DNA from: an uncultured Aquifex sp.
GTDB taxonomy: Bacteria; Aquificota; Aquificia; Aquificales; Aquificaceae
DNA: 64,000 nucleotides
Assembly: GCA_964425585.1 (NCBI GenBank)
Contig: CAYRMG010000002.1
Coordinates: 15,274 to 79,273, forward strand
Direction of reading: 5' to 3'
Shown here: piece after piece, positions 30,627 through 39,035 of the stretch
Layout: each line of letters starts with the position of its first letter
Numbering within the stretch: position 1 is the first letter of the stretch
The notes under the pieces: model-generated
Seen by the model: the letters and a program-made list of their open reading frames with translations, nothing else
Database searches by the model: none
What the model was told of the DNA's origin: nothing
Made by a program: the position numbers and the translations under genes

Positions 30627-33066
30627 AACGGCTTTAATATACAAGGGAGAAGGAATAAGCTACGGTGAGCTTATTGAAAATGTGCTTTCCTTCGCCAGCC
30701 TTATAGATATATTTCCCGACGAAAGGGTAGCTATAGTAATGGAAAATAGACCCGAATGGGTTTACGCACTCTTCGGAACTTGGAAAAGGGGCGGGATACT
30801 CGTTCCAATAGACTTTATGTCTACCCCCGAGGAAATAAGGTATATACTCAACGATTCAAACCCTTCCCTTGTATTTTGTTCAGAGGAAACGGAAGAGAAG
30901 GTAAAAGAGGCTATAGGAGATAAAGATATTTCCCTGATAAACGTTGATAAATTGGTTCTTCCTTCACCCTGGAAAGGAGAAGTTAAACGCTCGGAGGAAG
31001 ATGTTGCCCTTCTTCCTTACACCTCGGGAACAACGGGAAATCCGAAAGGGGTTATGCTCACCTACAGGAATATTCTCTCCAACATAAAAGGAGTTATATC
31101 GGTAGGCATAGCCGATGAAGGGGATTCTACCCTTGCTATACTTCCCTTTCACCATATGTATCCCTTAATGACCACCCTTCTTCTGCCCCTTTACATAGGT
31201 GCTAAGATAGTCTTCCTTGATAAGCTTACGCCCGAGGATATTCTTGAAAAGCTAAACAGATACGGAATTACCATCCTCGTAGGTGTTCCGAGGCTTTATC
31301 AGCTTTTCCACAGAAGGATAAAAGAGGAGATAGAGAAAAAAACTTTAGCGAAAATCCTCTTTAAGCTTATGGAAAAAGTCAACTCGCAAAGTTTAAGAAA
31401 AATAGTATTTAAGAAGGTTCACAAAGCCTTCGGCGGAAAAATAAAGTATATGGTAAGCGGAGGTGCAAAGCTTCCCCTTGACGTGGCAAAAGATTTAACA
31501 ACGTTAGGTTTTACCGTAATAGAAGGATACGGCCTTACCGAAACCTCTCCGATAGTCTCCTTTAATCCTCCGACGAAGATAAAACTCGGCTCGGTGGGTG
31601 TCCCGATAGAGGGCGTAAGGGTAAACACCACACCCGATGGGGAGATAGTCGTGAAGGGAGATAACGTAATGAAGGGATACTGGAATAGACCCGAGGAAAC
31701 CGCAAAGGTAATCATAGACGGGTGGTTATACACGGGAGACCTCGGATACGTAGATGAAGAGGGATACATATACATAACCGGAAGAAAGAAGGAAGTAATA
31801 GTTCTCGGAAGCGGAAAGAATGTATTTCCCGAAGAAATTGAAGAAAAAATACTGAAGTTCTCGGACATCGTAAAGGAAGTGGGAGTGTTTGAAAGAAACG
31901 GGAAACTGTATGCACTTATATACCCTGATTTTGAGAAGCTGAAAAAAATAGGGGCGGTAAATATACACGAGACGATAAAGTGGGAGATTATAGATAAGGT
32001 AAACAGAACACTTCCCGAATGGAAAAGAATAACGGGCTTTAGGGTAGTTTACGAGGAATTGCCAAAAACGAGACTCGGGAAATTAAGGCGATTCTTACTT
32101 CCGAGTGTATACGATAGTGCTAAAGAGTCCAAAAAGGAAGAAGAAGAAAGTCCTATATTCAATACGGAGGAGGGAAGGGTTATAAAAGAGTTTCTTGAGA
32201 GGATAAGCGGAAAGGTTGTTCATCCCTCTGATCACTTGGAGATAGACCTTGGGCTTGATTCCCTTGCAAAGGTTGAACTTCTTAGCTTTATAGAAAAGAA
32301 CTTCGGTGTAAACATCACGGAAGAGGAGCTCGCAAAGAATATGCTCGTAAAGGAACTCATCGGTCTGGTGATGCGGAAAAAGGAAAAATCGGAATACAGG
32401 GAAATCTCCTGGAAAGATATTCTTGATGAGGCAAGGCCTTACGAACTTCCCCACCATCCTTTTGTATACAACCTCGGAAGGCTTTTGCTTCAACTTTACT
32501 TTAAGCTTTACCACAGGGTTGATGTAAGAGGACTTGAAAACCTTCCTCAACCGCCCTTTATAATAGCACCCAACCATCAAAGCTATCTTGATGCCTTTCT
32601 CATAGCGGCCGTTTTGCCCAAAAACGTAGCGGAAATAACTTACTTTTTAGGGGAAGAGTCTTACTTCAGGAATCCCGTAAGTGCATTGTTCGGAAGACTT
32701 GCACACGTCATAACCGTAAATCTGAACAAGGGGTTAAAGGAATCCCTTCAAAAAACGGCATACGCATTAAGGAACGGAAAGGTTGTTGTTATCTTTCCCG
32801 AGGGTGCGAGAACGAGAACGGGAGACATAATGGAGTTTAAAAAGGGCGTAGCAATACTCTCAAGAGAGCTTCAGGTTCCCGTTGTTCCCGTAGCGATACA
32901 CGGGGCTTACGAAGCCTGGTCTATATACGGTAAGTTCCCCAAACCCCAAAAAATTAAGGTTATGTTCGGAAAACCGGTGTATCCCGATGCAAAAAGTTAT
33001 GAGGAAATAACGCGGGAGATTTACGAATGGGTGAAGGATATGCTTGAGTTTCTAAAAAGAGATTAA
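30601..33066 (+). CDS. Fusion of long-chain acyl-CoA/ACP ligase, ACP and PlsC acyltransferase (Aas-like)
   Basis: YTSGTTGNPKG and YGLTE (AMP-binding); LGLDSL (phosphopantetheine Ser); NHQSYLD and FPEGART (acyltransferase). Confidence 0.88.
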   Translation: MEFLKERSKTALIYKGEGISYGELIENVLSFASLIDIFPDERVAIVMENRPEWVYALFGTWKRGGILVPIDFMSTPEEIRYILNDSNPSLVFCSEETEEKVKEAIGDKDISLINVDKLVLPSPWKGEVKRSEEDVALLPYTSGTTGNPKGVMLTYRNILSNIKGVISVGIADEGDSTLAILPFHHMYPLMTTLLLPLYIGAKIVFLDKLTPEDILEKLNRYGITILVGVPRLYQLFHRRIKEEIEKKTLAKILFKLMEKVNSQSLRKIVFKKVHKAFGGKIKYMVSGGAKLPLDVAKDLTTLGFTVIEGYGLTETSPIVSFNPPTKIKLGSVGVPIEGVRVNTTPDGEIVVKGDNVMKGYWNRPEETAKVIIDGWLYTGDLGYVDEEGYIYITGRKKEVIVLGSGKNVFPEEIEEKILKFSDIVKEVGVFERNGKLYALIYPDFEKLKKIGAVNIHETIKWEIIDKVNRTLPEWKRITGFRVVYEELPKTRLGKLRRFLLPSVYDSAKESKKEEEESPIFNTEEGRVIKEFLERISGKVVHPSDHLEIDLGLDSLAKVELLSFIEKNFGVNITEEELAKNMLVKELIGLVMRKKEKSEYREISWKDILDEARPYELPHHPFVYNLGRLLLQLYFKLYHRVDVRGLENLPQPPFIIAPNHQSYLDAFLIAAVLPKNVAEITYFLGEESYFRNPVSALFGRLAHVITVNLNKGLKESLQKTAYALRNGKVVVIFPEGARTRTGDIMEFKKGVAILSRELQVPVVPVAIHGAYEAWSIYGKFPKPQKIKVMFGKPVYPDAKSYEEITREIYEWVKDMLEFLKRD

Positions 33067-33076
33067 AATCTCTTTT

Positions 33077-34051
33077 ATGAAAAAACCCAAAGTAAGCATA
33101 ATAGGTGCGGGAAAGGTCGGTGAGAACGTTGCGTATCTATTGACCATACTCGGTATATCGGATATCTATCTTTTTGCCAGGTATAAGGAGGGACTTGAAC
33201 CTGCAAAGGCAAAGGCTCTTGATTTAAGACAGATGGCTGTTCTTATGGATTTGGACATAAATGTAAAGGGTATCTCCTACGATAAAGAAGGCTTCGGAGA
33301 GCTTAAAGATTCGGACATTGTTGTTATAACCGCAGGTATACCGAGGAGGGAGGGAATGAGCAGGGAGGATTTACTGCTTGAGAACTTGAAAATCCTGAAA
33401 AGGTTTACGGATGCCATAAAGAAATACGCACAAAACGCTATAGTTATAGTGGTTTCAAATCCCGTTGATACGTTAACCTACGCCACAATAAAACTCACGG
33501 GTTTTGAACCGAGAAAGGTATTGGGAATGGCGGGAGTTCTTGATTCCGCCAGGTTTAAAAGCTTCGTAAAGGAAAAACTTAACGTCTCAAATGCGGATAT
33601 AAGGACGCTCGTTATGGGAACCCACGGGGATTTAATGGTTCCCGTTATGTCCCACAGCTTCATAGGTGATAAACCCATAGAAGAGGTTTTCAAGGCAAAG
33701 GAGATAGATGAACTTATTGAGAAAACAAGGAGGGGAGGTGCCAGTATAGTTTCCCTTATGGGAAGTTCCGCCTACTATGCACCTGCGGCTTCCGTAGTTA
33801 TAATGGTTGAAGCCATTCTTAACGACAGGAAAAGGGTTCTTCCCTGTTCCGTTTACCTTGAAGGTGAAGCGGCAAGGCATTACGAGGCTGAAGGTATATG
33901 CATAGGTATTCCTGTAGTCCTGGGAAGGGAAGGGGTTGAGGATTACGAACTTGTTAATCTGAGCGGTTATGAGAAGAGGGAGTTTCTAAAATCCGCTGAA
34001 TATCTCGGGAAACTCGTAAAGCTTGCGGATAAGCTACTGTCCGAGATTTAA
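33077..34051 (+). CDS. mdh: Malate dehydrogenase (LDH-like)
   Basis: IIGAGKVG, ITAGIPRREGMSREDL, VSNPVD, GVLDSARF, GTHGD. Confidence 0.85.
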   Translation: MKKPKVSIIGAGKVGENVAYLLTILGISDIYLFARYKEGLEPAKAKALDLRQMAVLMDLDINVKGISYDKEGFGELKDSDIVVITAGIPRREGMSREDLLLENLKILKRFTDAIKKYAQNAIVIVVSNPVDTLTYATIKLTGFEPRKVLGMAGVLDSARFKSFVKEKLNVSNADIRTLVMGTHGDLMVPVMSHSFIGDKPIEEVFKAKEIDELIEKTRRGGASIVSLMGSSAYYAPAASVVIMVEAILNDRKRVLPCSVYLEGEAARHYEAEGICIGIPVVLGREGVEDYELVNLSGYEKREFLKSAEYLGKLVKLADKLLSEI

Positions 34052-34062
34052 AATTTATTTTA

Positions 34063-35397
34063 ATGTTTAAAAAGGTATTAATAGCAAACAGGGGAGAAAT
34101 AGCGGTAAGGGCTATAAGAGCCTGTAAAGAGCTCGGCCTTAAAACCGTAGCGGTATACTCGGAAGCGGATAAAAACAGTCTTCACGTTGAACTTGCGGAC
34201 GAAGCTATATGTATCGGTCCCCCTAATCCCTCGGAGAGCTATCTTGATATCCCGAAAATAATGGCGGCTCTTGAGGTAAGTAAGGCGGATGCGGTTTACC
34301 CGGGATACGGATTTTTATCCGAAAACCCCAAGTTTGCGGAAATAGTTGAAAGAAGCGGGGCTAAGTTTATAGGTCCTTCTTCCGAGGTTTTGATGAAGAT
34401 AGGAGACAAAGTTCTCGCAAAAAAGGTCGCAAAAAAGGTGGGACTTCCCCTTGTTCCGGGAAGCGATGAACCCCTTGAGTTTACCGATGCCCTGAAGCTC
34501 GCGGCGAAAATAGGCTATCCGGTTGTTATAAAGGCGGCAGCGGGCGGAGGCGGAAGGGGAATAAGGATAATAAGGGACGAAAAGGAGCTCAGGGAAAAGT
34601 TCCCCGTCGCTAAGAAGGAGGCGGAAACAGCTTTCGGGGACGGAAGACTATACCTTGAGAAATACGTTATGAAGCCGAAACATATAGAGTTTCAGGTAAT
34701 AGCGGATGAGCACGGGAATGTTTACGTTCTCGGCGAAAGGGAATGCTCAATCCAGCGAAGACACCAAAAGTTGATAGAGGAAGCCCCCAGCGTCTCCGTA
34801 AGTGAGGAAAAAAGACGGGAGATATCCGAAAAGGTTGCGGAGTTTTGCAGGGCTTTGGGCTACACGTCCGCGGGAACGGTGGAGTTTCTGATGGATGAAG
34901 ACGGAAATTTTTACTTTATGGAAATGAACGGACGGATACAGGTTGAACACCCTGTAACGGAGATGGTGACGGGATACGATATAGTCAAGCTACAAATTCT
35001 GGCCGCAATGGGAGAGGAGATAAAGCTTCCGGAGATAAAAATAAACGGCTTCTCAATAGAGTTCCGTATAAATGCGGAGGATCCGGACACCTTCATGCCC
35101 TCCCCGGGCATTATTGAAACACTGAGAATTCCCGGAGGGCCAGGTGTTAGGGTTGATACCCACATATATCAGGGATATGCGGTTCCTCCTTATTACGACT
35201 CCCTTATAGCAAAGCTAATAGTCTGGGGAAGGACAAGGGACGAAGCTATAGCGAGGGGAAGAAGAGCCCTTGAGGAGTTCAAGATAGAGGGGCAGAACCT
35301 AAAAACGAATATTGAGTTCCACAAAAGGGTTATAACCCAGAGGGAATTTATAGAGGGGAAGCACGATGTGAACTTTGTTGAAAGAATGCTGGTTTAG
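34063..35397 (+). CDS. accC: Biotin carboxylase
   Basis: LIANRGEIAVR, GGGGRG, ERECSIQRRHQK, EMNGRIQVEH, PYYDSLIAKL. Confidence 0.93.
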   Translation: MFKKVLIANRGEIAVRAIRACKELGLKTVAVYSEADKNSLHVELADEAICIGPPNPSESYLDIPKIMAALEVSKADAVYPGYGFLSENPKFAEIVERSGAKFIGPSSEVLMKIGDKVLAKKVAKKVGLPLVPGSDEPLEFTDALKLAAKIGYPVVIKAAAGGGGRGIRIIRDEKELREKFPVAKKEAETAFGDGRLYLEKYVMKPKHIEFQVIADEHGNVYVLGERECSIQRRHQKLIEEAPSVSVSEEKRREISEKVAEFCRALGYTSAGTVEFLMDEDGNFYFMEMNGRIQVEHPVTEMVTGYDIVKLQILAAMGEEIKLPEIKINGFSIEFRINAEDPDTFMPSPGIIETLRIPGGPGVRVDTHIYQGYAVPPYYDSLIAKLIVWGRTRDEAIARGRRALEEFKIEGQNLKTNIEFHKRVITQREFIEGKHDVNFVERMLV

Positions 35398-36266
35398 ATA
35401 TACTCAAGTATGGTGAGCCTGCGATTTGCAAACAGCTTCATAATGGCCTCATAAGTCAATTCATACCTTCTGTAATCGCTTATTGATTTTGCAAGGTCCG
35501 CATCTTCGTTATCCGATTTAATCTTATTGAGAGTGTCCATCTTGTCTTCCTGAGTGGTTTGAATGTTTCTTAGTTCCTTCAGAACGCTTCCTATTTCGCT
35601 TCTTATCTTCACTATTTGGTCATAGGCTTGTTTTAAATTATCTATATCCGTCTGATCGGGAGCTGTTCCTCCGCTCAGTTTATCAGCTATGCTTTTTATA
35701 ACCTTAAATATGTTGGTTGTATTTACACCGAAAACGTAATCTCCCCTCAGGAATGCTTTTACCCTATAACCTTCATCAACGAGAACCTCAAAATCCTTAT
35801 TGCTTCCCAGGTAATCAAGGGTATTCTCATCAAAGGGCTTCGTATTGAGTGAAGCCCCCGAAAAAATGTAGTTTTTCCCTACTTTTTCGTTTGCAACCTT
35901 TACGAGCACTTTCAGGGCTTCTTCAAACTCTCTTCCTATGGCTTTTAGTTCACCCTCATTTAGTGTTCCGTTTGAAGCCCTTATAAGTGATGAGTAAAGG
36001 GCTTTTAATCTGTCTTCAATACCCGAAAGGAGTGTATCCGCATAAGTGAGAACAGTATCCGCAAAAAGCCTGTTTCTTCCGAACTGAGACAGCGAACTTA
36101 TTTCCTTTTTTAGCTCTTGAATTTTTTCAAAGGAAACCGGGTCGTCGGAAGGTTTCCCAACCCTCTTTCCCGTTACTATTTCCATATACTTTTTTTCAAT
36201 ATTATTCCTCACCTTTTCGTTTTCCTTTTGGAAGAAAAGGTAAAAAATCAAGTCCGGAACCCTCAT
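35394..36266 (-). CDS. flgL: Flagellar hook-associated protein 3
   Basis: TGKRVGKPSDDP, YIFSG, DADLAKSI; follows flgK. Confidence 0.9.
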   Translation of the reverse strand: MRVPDLIFYLFFQKENEKVRNNIEKKYMEIVTGKRVGKPSDDPVSFEKIQELKKEISSLSQFGRNRLFADTVLTYADTLLSGIEDRLKALYSSLIRASNGTLNEGELKAIGREFEEALKVLVKVANEKVGKNYIFSGASLNTKPFDENTLDYLGSNKDFEVLVDEGYRVKAFLRGDYVFGVNTTNIFKVIKSIADKLSGGTAPDQTDIDNLKQAYDQIVKIRSEIGSVLKELRNIQTTQEDKMDTLNKIKSDNEDADLAKSISDYRRYELTYEAIMKLFANRRLTILEYI

Positions 36267-36277
36267 CTTTCCTCACC

Positions 36278-37546
36278 TCATATCATGTTAATGGTTGTCT
36301 GCATAAGCTCGTCTAATCTCGGCAGTATTTTTGCCACCGCTTCATAAGTTCTTTGGAGCTTTATTATCTCCATAAATTCCTCATCAATAGAAACCCCTTG
36401 TCTTTCTAAAATCTTTTTTTCCATTGAGTCGTAAAGGGCTTTCTCCGTATCGTATGTGGTTTCTATGCTGCTTTTTTCCGTTCCTATATAATCGGTAAGT
36501 TTTATTACATCATCTTTTGCATTTTCCCAAACGTTTAAACCGCTTTCCGCGTAATCCGCAGCCCTTGCAAAATCAACGCTATCAAGGTCATTCCTTGTAA
36601 TGTTCACCTCAAAGGTATCAATTGCACTTCCCGAAATTTTAAACACACTTTTCTCCGTTCCGTCATTTAGAGGAATATTCAGATTTAAAAGGGTATTAAC
36701 TAAGTTACTCAGGTTATTGACAGTTGTTTCTATGTCATTTTGTGCATCAACAACCCCTTTTATCTTTCCTCCCCTCAGGAAATCGGTAATATCGCTTCCG
36801 TCCCTTTGATATTTTACCCTTCCGTTTTCCGCCTCAAGGGTATAGTATGCATTCCCAAAGTCAACTAAGACAAATCCCTTATCCGTTACCACTTTTATCC
36901 TTCCTATTTCGTCCTCTTGAGCTCTCACGTAAATGTATTTAGAAAGCTCTTTCAGGTATGCATCTCTCTTGTTCAGAAGTGTTTTATAATCCTTTCCCCC
37001 CGTTTGAACGTAAGCAAGGGTTATTTCTCTATTTACGTTGTATATCTTTTTCAGGAGTTCGTTTACTCTCCTTACGTATTTCCCGAGAACACTGTCAAGA
37101 TTCTGGGAAAGATTGTTCAGCTGTTTATATCTGCTCCTTATAACATTCACCACCGTCTTTGCGGAGGAAAGGAGTGCGGATTTTGCTCCTTCGTTTGTGG
37201 GCTCCTTAAGAAAATCCTCATAAGCCTTAAAGAAGTCGTTAACGTAATCCTCCAAGCCTTTTCCTACCTGAAACATGGACTCTATCTGTGAGAGAACTTC
37301 TTTTCTCTCATCCAGAAGATTGATGAGTGATAGCTTTTCGTTTCTCAGGTTAATAAAGTTGAAGTTCTGAATTCTTCTTACTCCTTCAAGGGTTATTCCG
37401 CTGTATAAATCACTCTGAATTAAAGGAGATTCTCTTACGTAGTTTTCATCCTGGGCGTTTGCTACGTTTCTGTCCCTTACCTCAATAGCCTTTCTGTAGA
37501 CGTCCAGCGCCTGAGCTATTATGTTAAAAGCACCCGCAAACATCAC
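36278..37546 (-). CDS. flgK: Flagellar hook-associated protein 1
   Basis: NVANAQDENYVRE at the N-terminus; GVSIDEE...IIKLQRTYEAVAK at the C-terminus. Confidence 0.9.
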   Translation of the reverse strand: MMFAGAFNIIAQALDVYRKAIEVRDRNVANAQDENYVRESPLIQSDLYSGITLEGVRRIQNFNFINLRNEKLSLINLLDERKEVLSQIESMFQVGKGLEDYVNDFFKAYEDFLKEPTNEGAKSALLSSAKTVVNVIRSRYKQLNNLSQNLDSVLGKYVRRVNELLKKIYNVNREITLAYVQTGGKDYKTLLNKRDAYLKELSKYIYVRAQEDEIGRIKVVTDKGFVLVDFGNAYYTLEAENGRVKYQRDGSDITDFLRGGKIKGVVDAQNDIETTVNNLSNLVNTLLNLNIPLNDGTEKSVFKISGSAIDTFEVNITRNDLDSVDFARAADYAESGLNVWENAKDDVIKLTDYIGTEKSSIETTYDTEKALYDSMEKKILERQGVSIDEEFMEIIKLQRTYEAVAKILPRLDELMQTTINMI

Positions 37547-37755
37547 CTCACCCCGTATAGCTTTGCAAATATCTCAAGGTTTCTTCTGATTAAATTCTTA
37601 ACATCCTCGTAGTCCTTTGCTATCTCTTTCAAGGTTTCGGGACTTGCCTCCCTCATCATCTTTTCAAGTTCAATGAATTCATTTTCAAGACCTTCGTAAT
37701 CAAAGGGGTCTTTAAGCCTTTCCTTTAAAGCTTTTATCTTTTCTTTCAGCTCCAT
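37543..37755 (-). CDS. Small helical protein heading the flgKL operon (FlgN position)
   Basis: 70 aa, coupled to flgK by a GTGA overlap, with a sigma28 promoter upstream. Confidence 0.7.
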   Translation of the reverse strand: MELKEKIKALKERLKDPFDYEGLENEFIELEKMMREASPETLKEIAKDYEDVKNLIRRNLEIFAKLYGVR

Positions 37756-37765
37756 ACAAAATATT

Positions 37766-37792
37766 TAATCGGAGTTTTAATGAATATTTTTA
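37766..37792 (-). promoter_or_regulatory. sigma28 (FliA) promoter of the flgK-flgL operon
   Basis: Minus strand reads TAAA-N15-TCCGATTA against consensus TAAA-N15-GCCGATAA, with exact spacing. Confidence 0.75.
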
Positions 37793-37831
37793 CGGGAAAA
37801 ATGTAGATTAGATATTAGGAGGTGGGAAGCT

Positions 37832-38017
37832 ATGGAAAAAAATATGGCACTGTGGGACAGGGTGATAAGAATTATACTCGCGGTGGTGTTCCTCTATCTC
37901 GCTATAACAAACGGCGGACTTTACTGGATTTTGGGCATTATTGGCATAGTTTTCCTGGTAACCTCCGCAATAGGATTCTGTCCGCTTTACAAGGTTATCG
38001 GTTTTAGAACGGGTTGA
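37832..38017 (+). CDS. DUF2892/YgaP-like small membrane protein
   Basis: [15 protein letters not shown]...[14 protein letters not shown]; RBS AGGAGG. Confidence 0.85.
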   Translation: MEKNMALWDRVIRIILAVVFLYLAITNGGLYWILGIIGIVFLVTSAIGFCPLYKVIGFRTG

Positions 38018-38421
38018 AGATACTCGGGATAGATTACGGAACCAAACGTGTAGGCATAGCGGTAGGTGACGAAAATCTCGGTATTGTTTCACCGAAGGAA
38101 TCCGTAAAGACCGAAAGGGCTATAGAGAGAATAAAGGAGCTCGTTCATAAAGGTAATATAAAGAAAATTGTTGTGGGCTATCCGCTGACCTTGCGGGGAA
38201 AGGAAGGTCAAAGGGCAAGGCTTGTTAAGAAATTCGTGGAAAAACTAAAGGAAGAAATTCCAGATGTTGAGATAGTTCTATGGGATGAGAGATGGACAAC
38301 AAAAGAAGCCCTATCAAGGCTTGAGGGATTATCCCAAAAGAAAAAGAAGGAACTGAAGGACATCGTTTCCGCGGTTATTATACTTGAGGAATACATAAAT
38401 TCTTTGAAGAATAAAATTTAA
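38014..38421 (+). CDS. ruvX: YqgF/RuvX pre-16S rRNA nuclease
   Basis: [34 protein letters not shown]; TTG start. Confidence 0.92.
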   Translation: MKILGIDYGTKRVGIAVGDENLGIVSPKESVKTERAIERIKELVHKGNIKKIVVGYPLTLRGKEGQRARLVKKFVEKLKEEIPDVEIVLWDERWTTKEALSRLEGLSQKKKKELKDIVSAVIILEEYINSLKNKI

Positions 38422-38426
38422 TTCTG

Positions 38427-38987
38427 ATGAAGGAGAAAGATGTTCTTCACGTTGCGAATATGACAAACGGCTTGATTGTTTACCCCGATTATGACTATAT
38501 AGTTTACTTCCCTTCTTCCTACACCGCCGCCGGAACTCCCCTTTACTTTCCAGAGTTTGCGGTTCCCGTTGACCTCATTAAAGCACTCCTTGAGGAGAAG
38601 AAGGTTATAATGTATGACGCCACGGTTCATGAAAATAAAGAGCTCACCGATGCATTTCTAAAGGGCGTTCCCACCTTTCTTATGGCTCTGAACCGTGCTC
38701 TCCACGGAACGAAAGGACTGCTTGAGAAGGTAAATCAAGGTTATAAAGTTTGTCCCTGGCAAACACCCGATATAGTCCACCACGCTGTCTACAGGCTTCC
38801 TAAGCATTACTACAAGTTTCTTAAAAAATGTGTCAAGCTGTTTGCTCCCGAAAAGAAAGGAAAGCTCTGGATATCCATTCCCGAAAATGTTGAACTCGTA
38901 GTTGAAAAGATAGACAGGCACCTTAATGATAACTACGAAGAGATAGCGAAGATGATAAAAGAGGGAAAATCCATAACCTCTTTATGA
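38427..38987 (+). CDS. Hypothetical protein
   Basis: 186-aa ORF with genome-typical codon usage, in line with its neighbours; no family recognised with certainty. Confidence 0.75.
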   Translation: MKEKDVLHVANMTNGLIVYPDYDYIVYFPSSYTAAGTPLYFPEFAVPVDLIKALLEEKKVIMYDATVHENKELTDAFLKGVPTFLMALNRALHGTKGLLEKVNQGYKVCPWQTPDIVHHAVYRLPKHYYKFLKKCVKLFAPEKKGKLWISIPENVELVVEKIDRHLNDNYEEIAKMIKEGKSITSL

Positions 38988-39035
38988 CCTCTGTCAACGG
39001 ATAACATACCCTTTTGCCTTTAATATCATTATCTA

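Noticed and set aside
39015-39034. Fur half-site ATCATTATC just upstream of the propeller-AAA gene
   Set aside because: Only the right half matches (about 10/14 of the 7-1-7 motif) in AT-rich DNA; too weak alone, though worth testing alongside the 42452 box.
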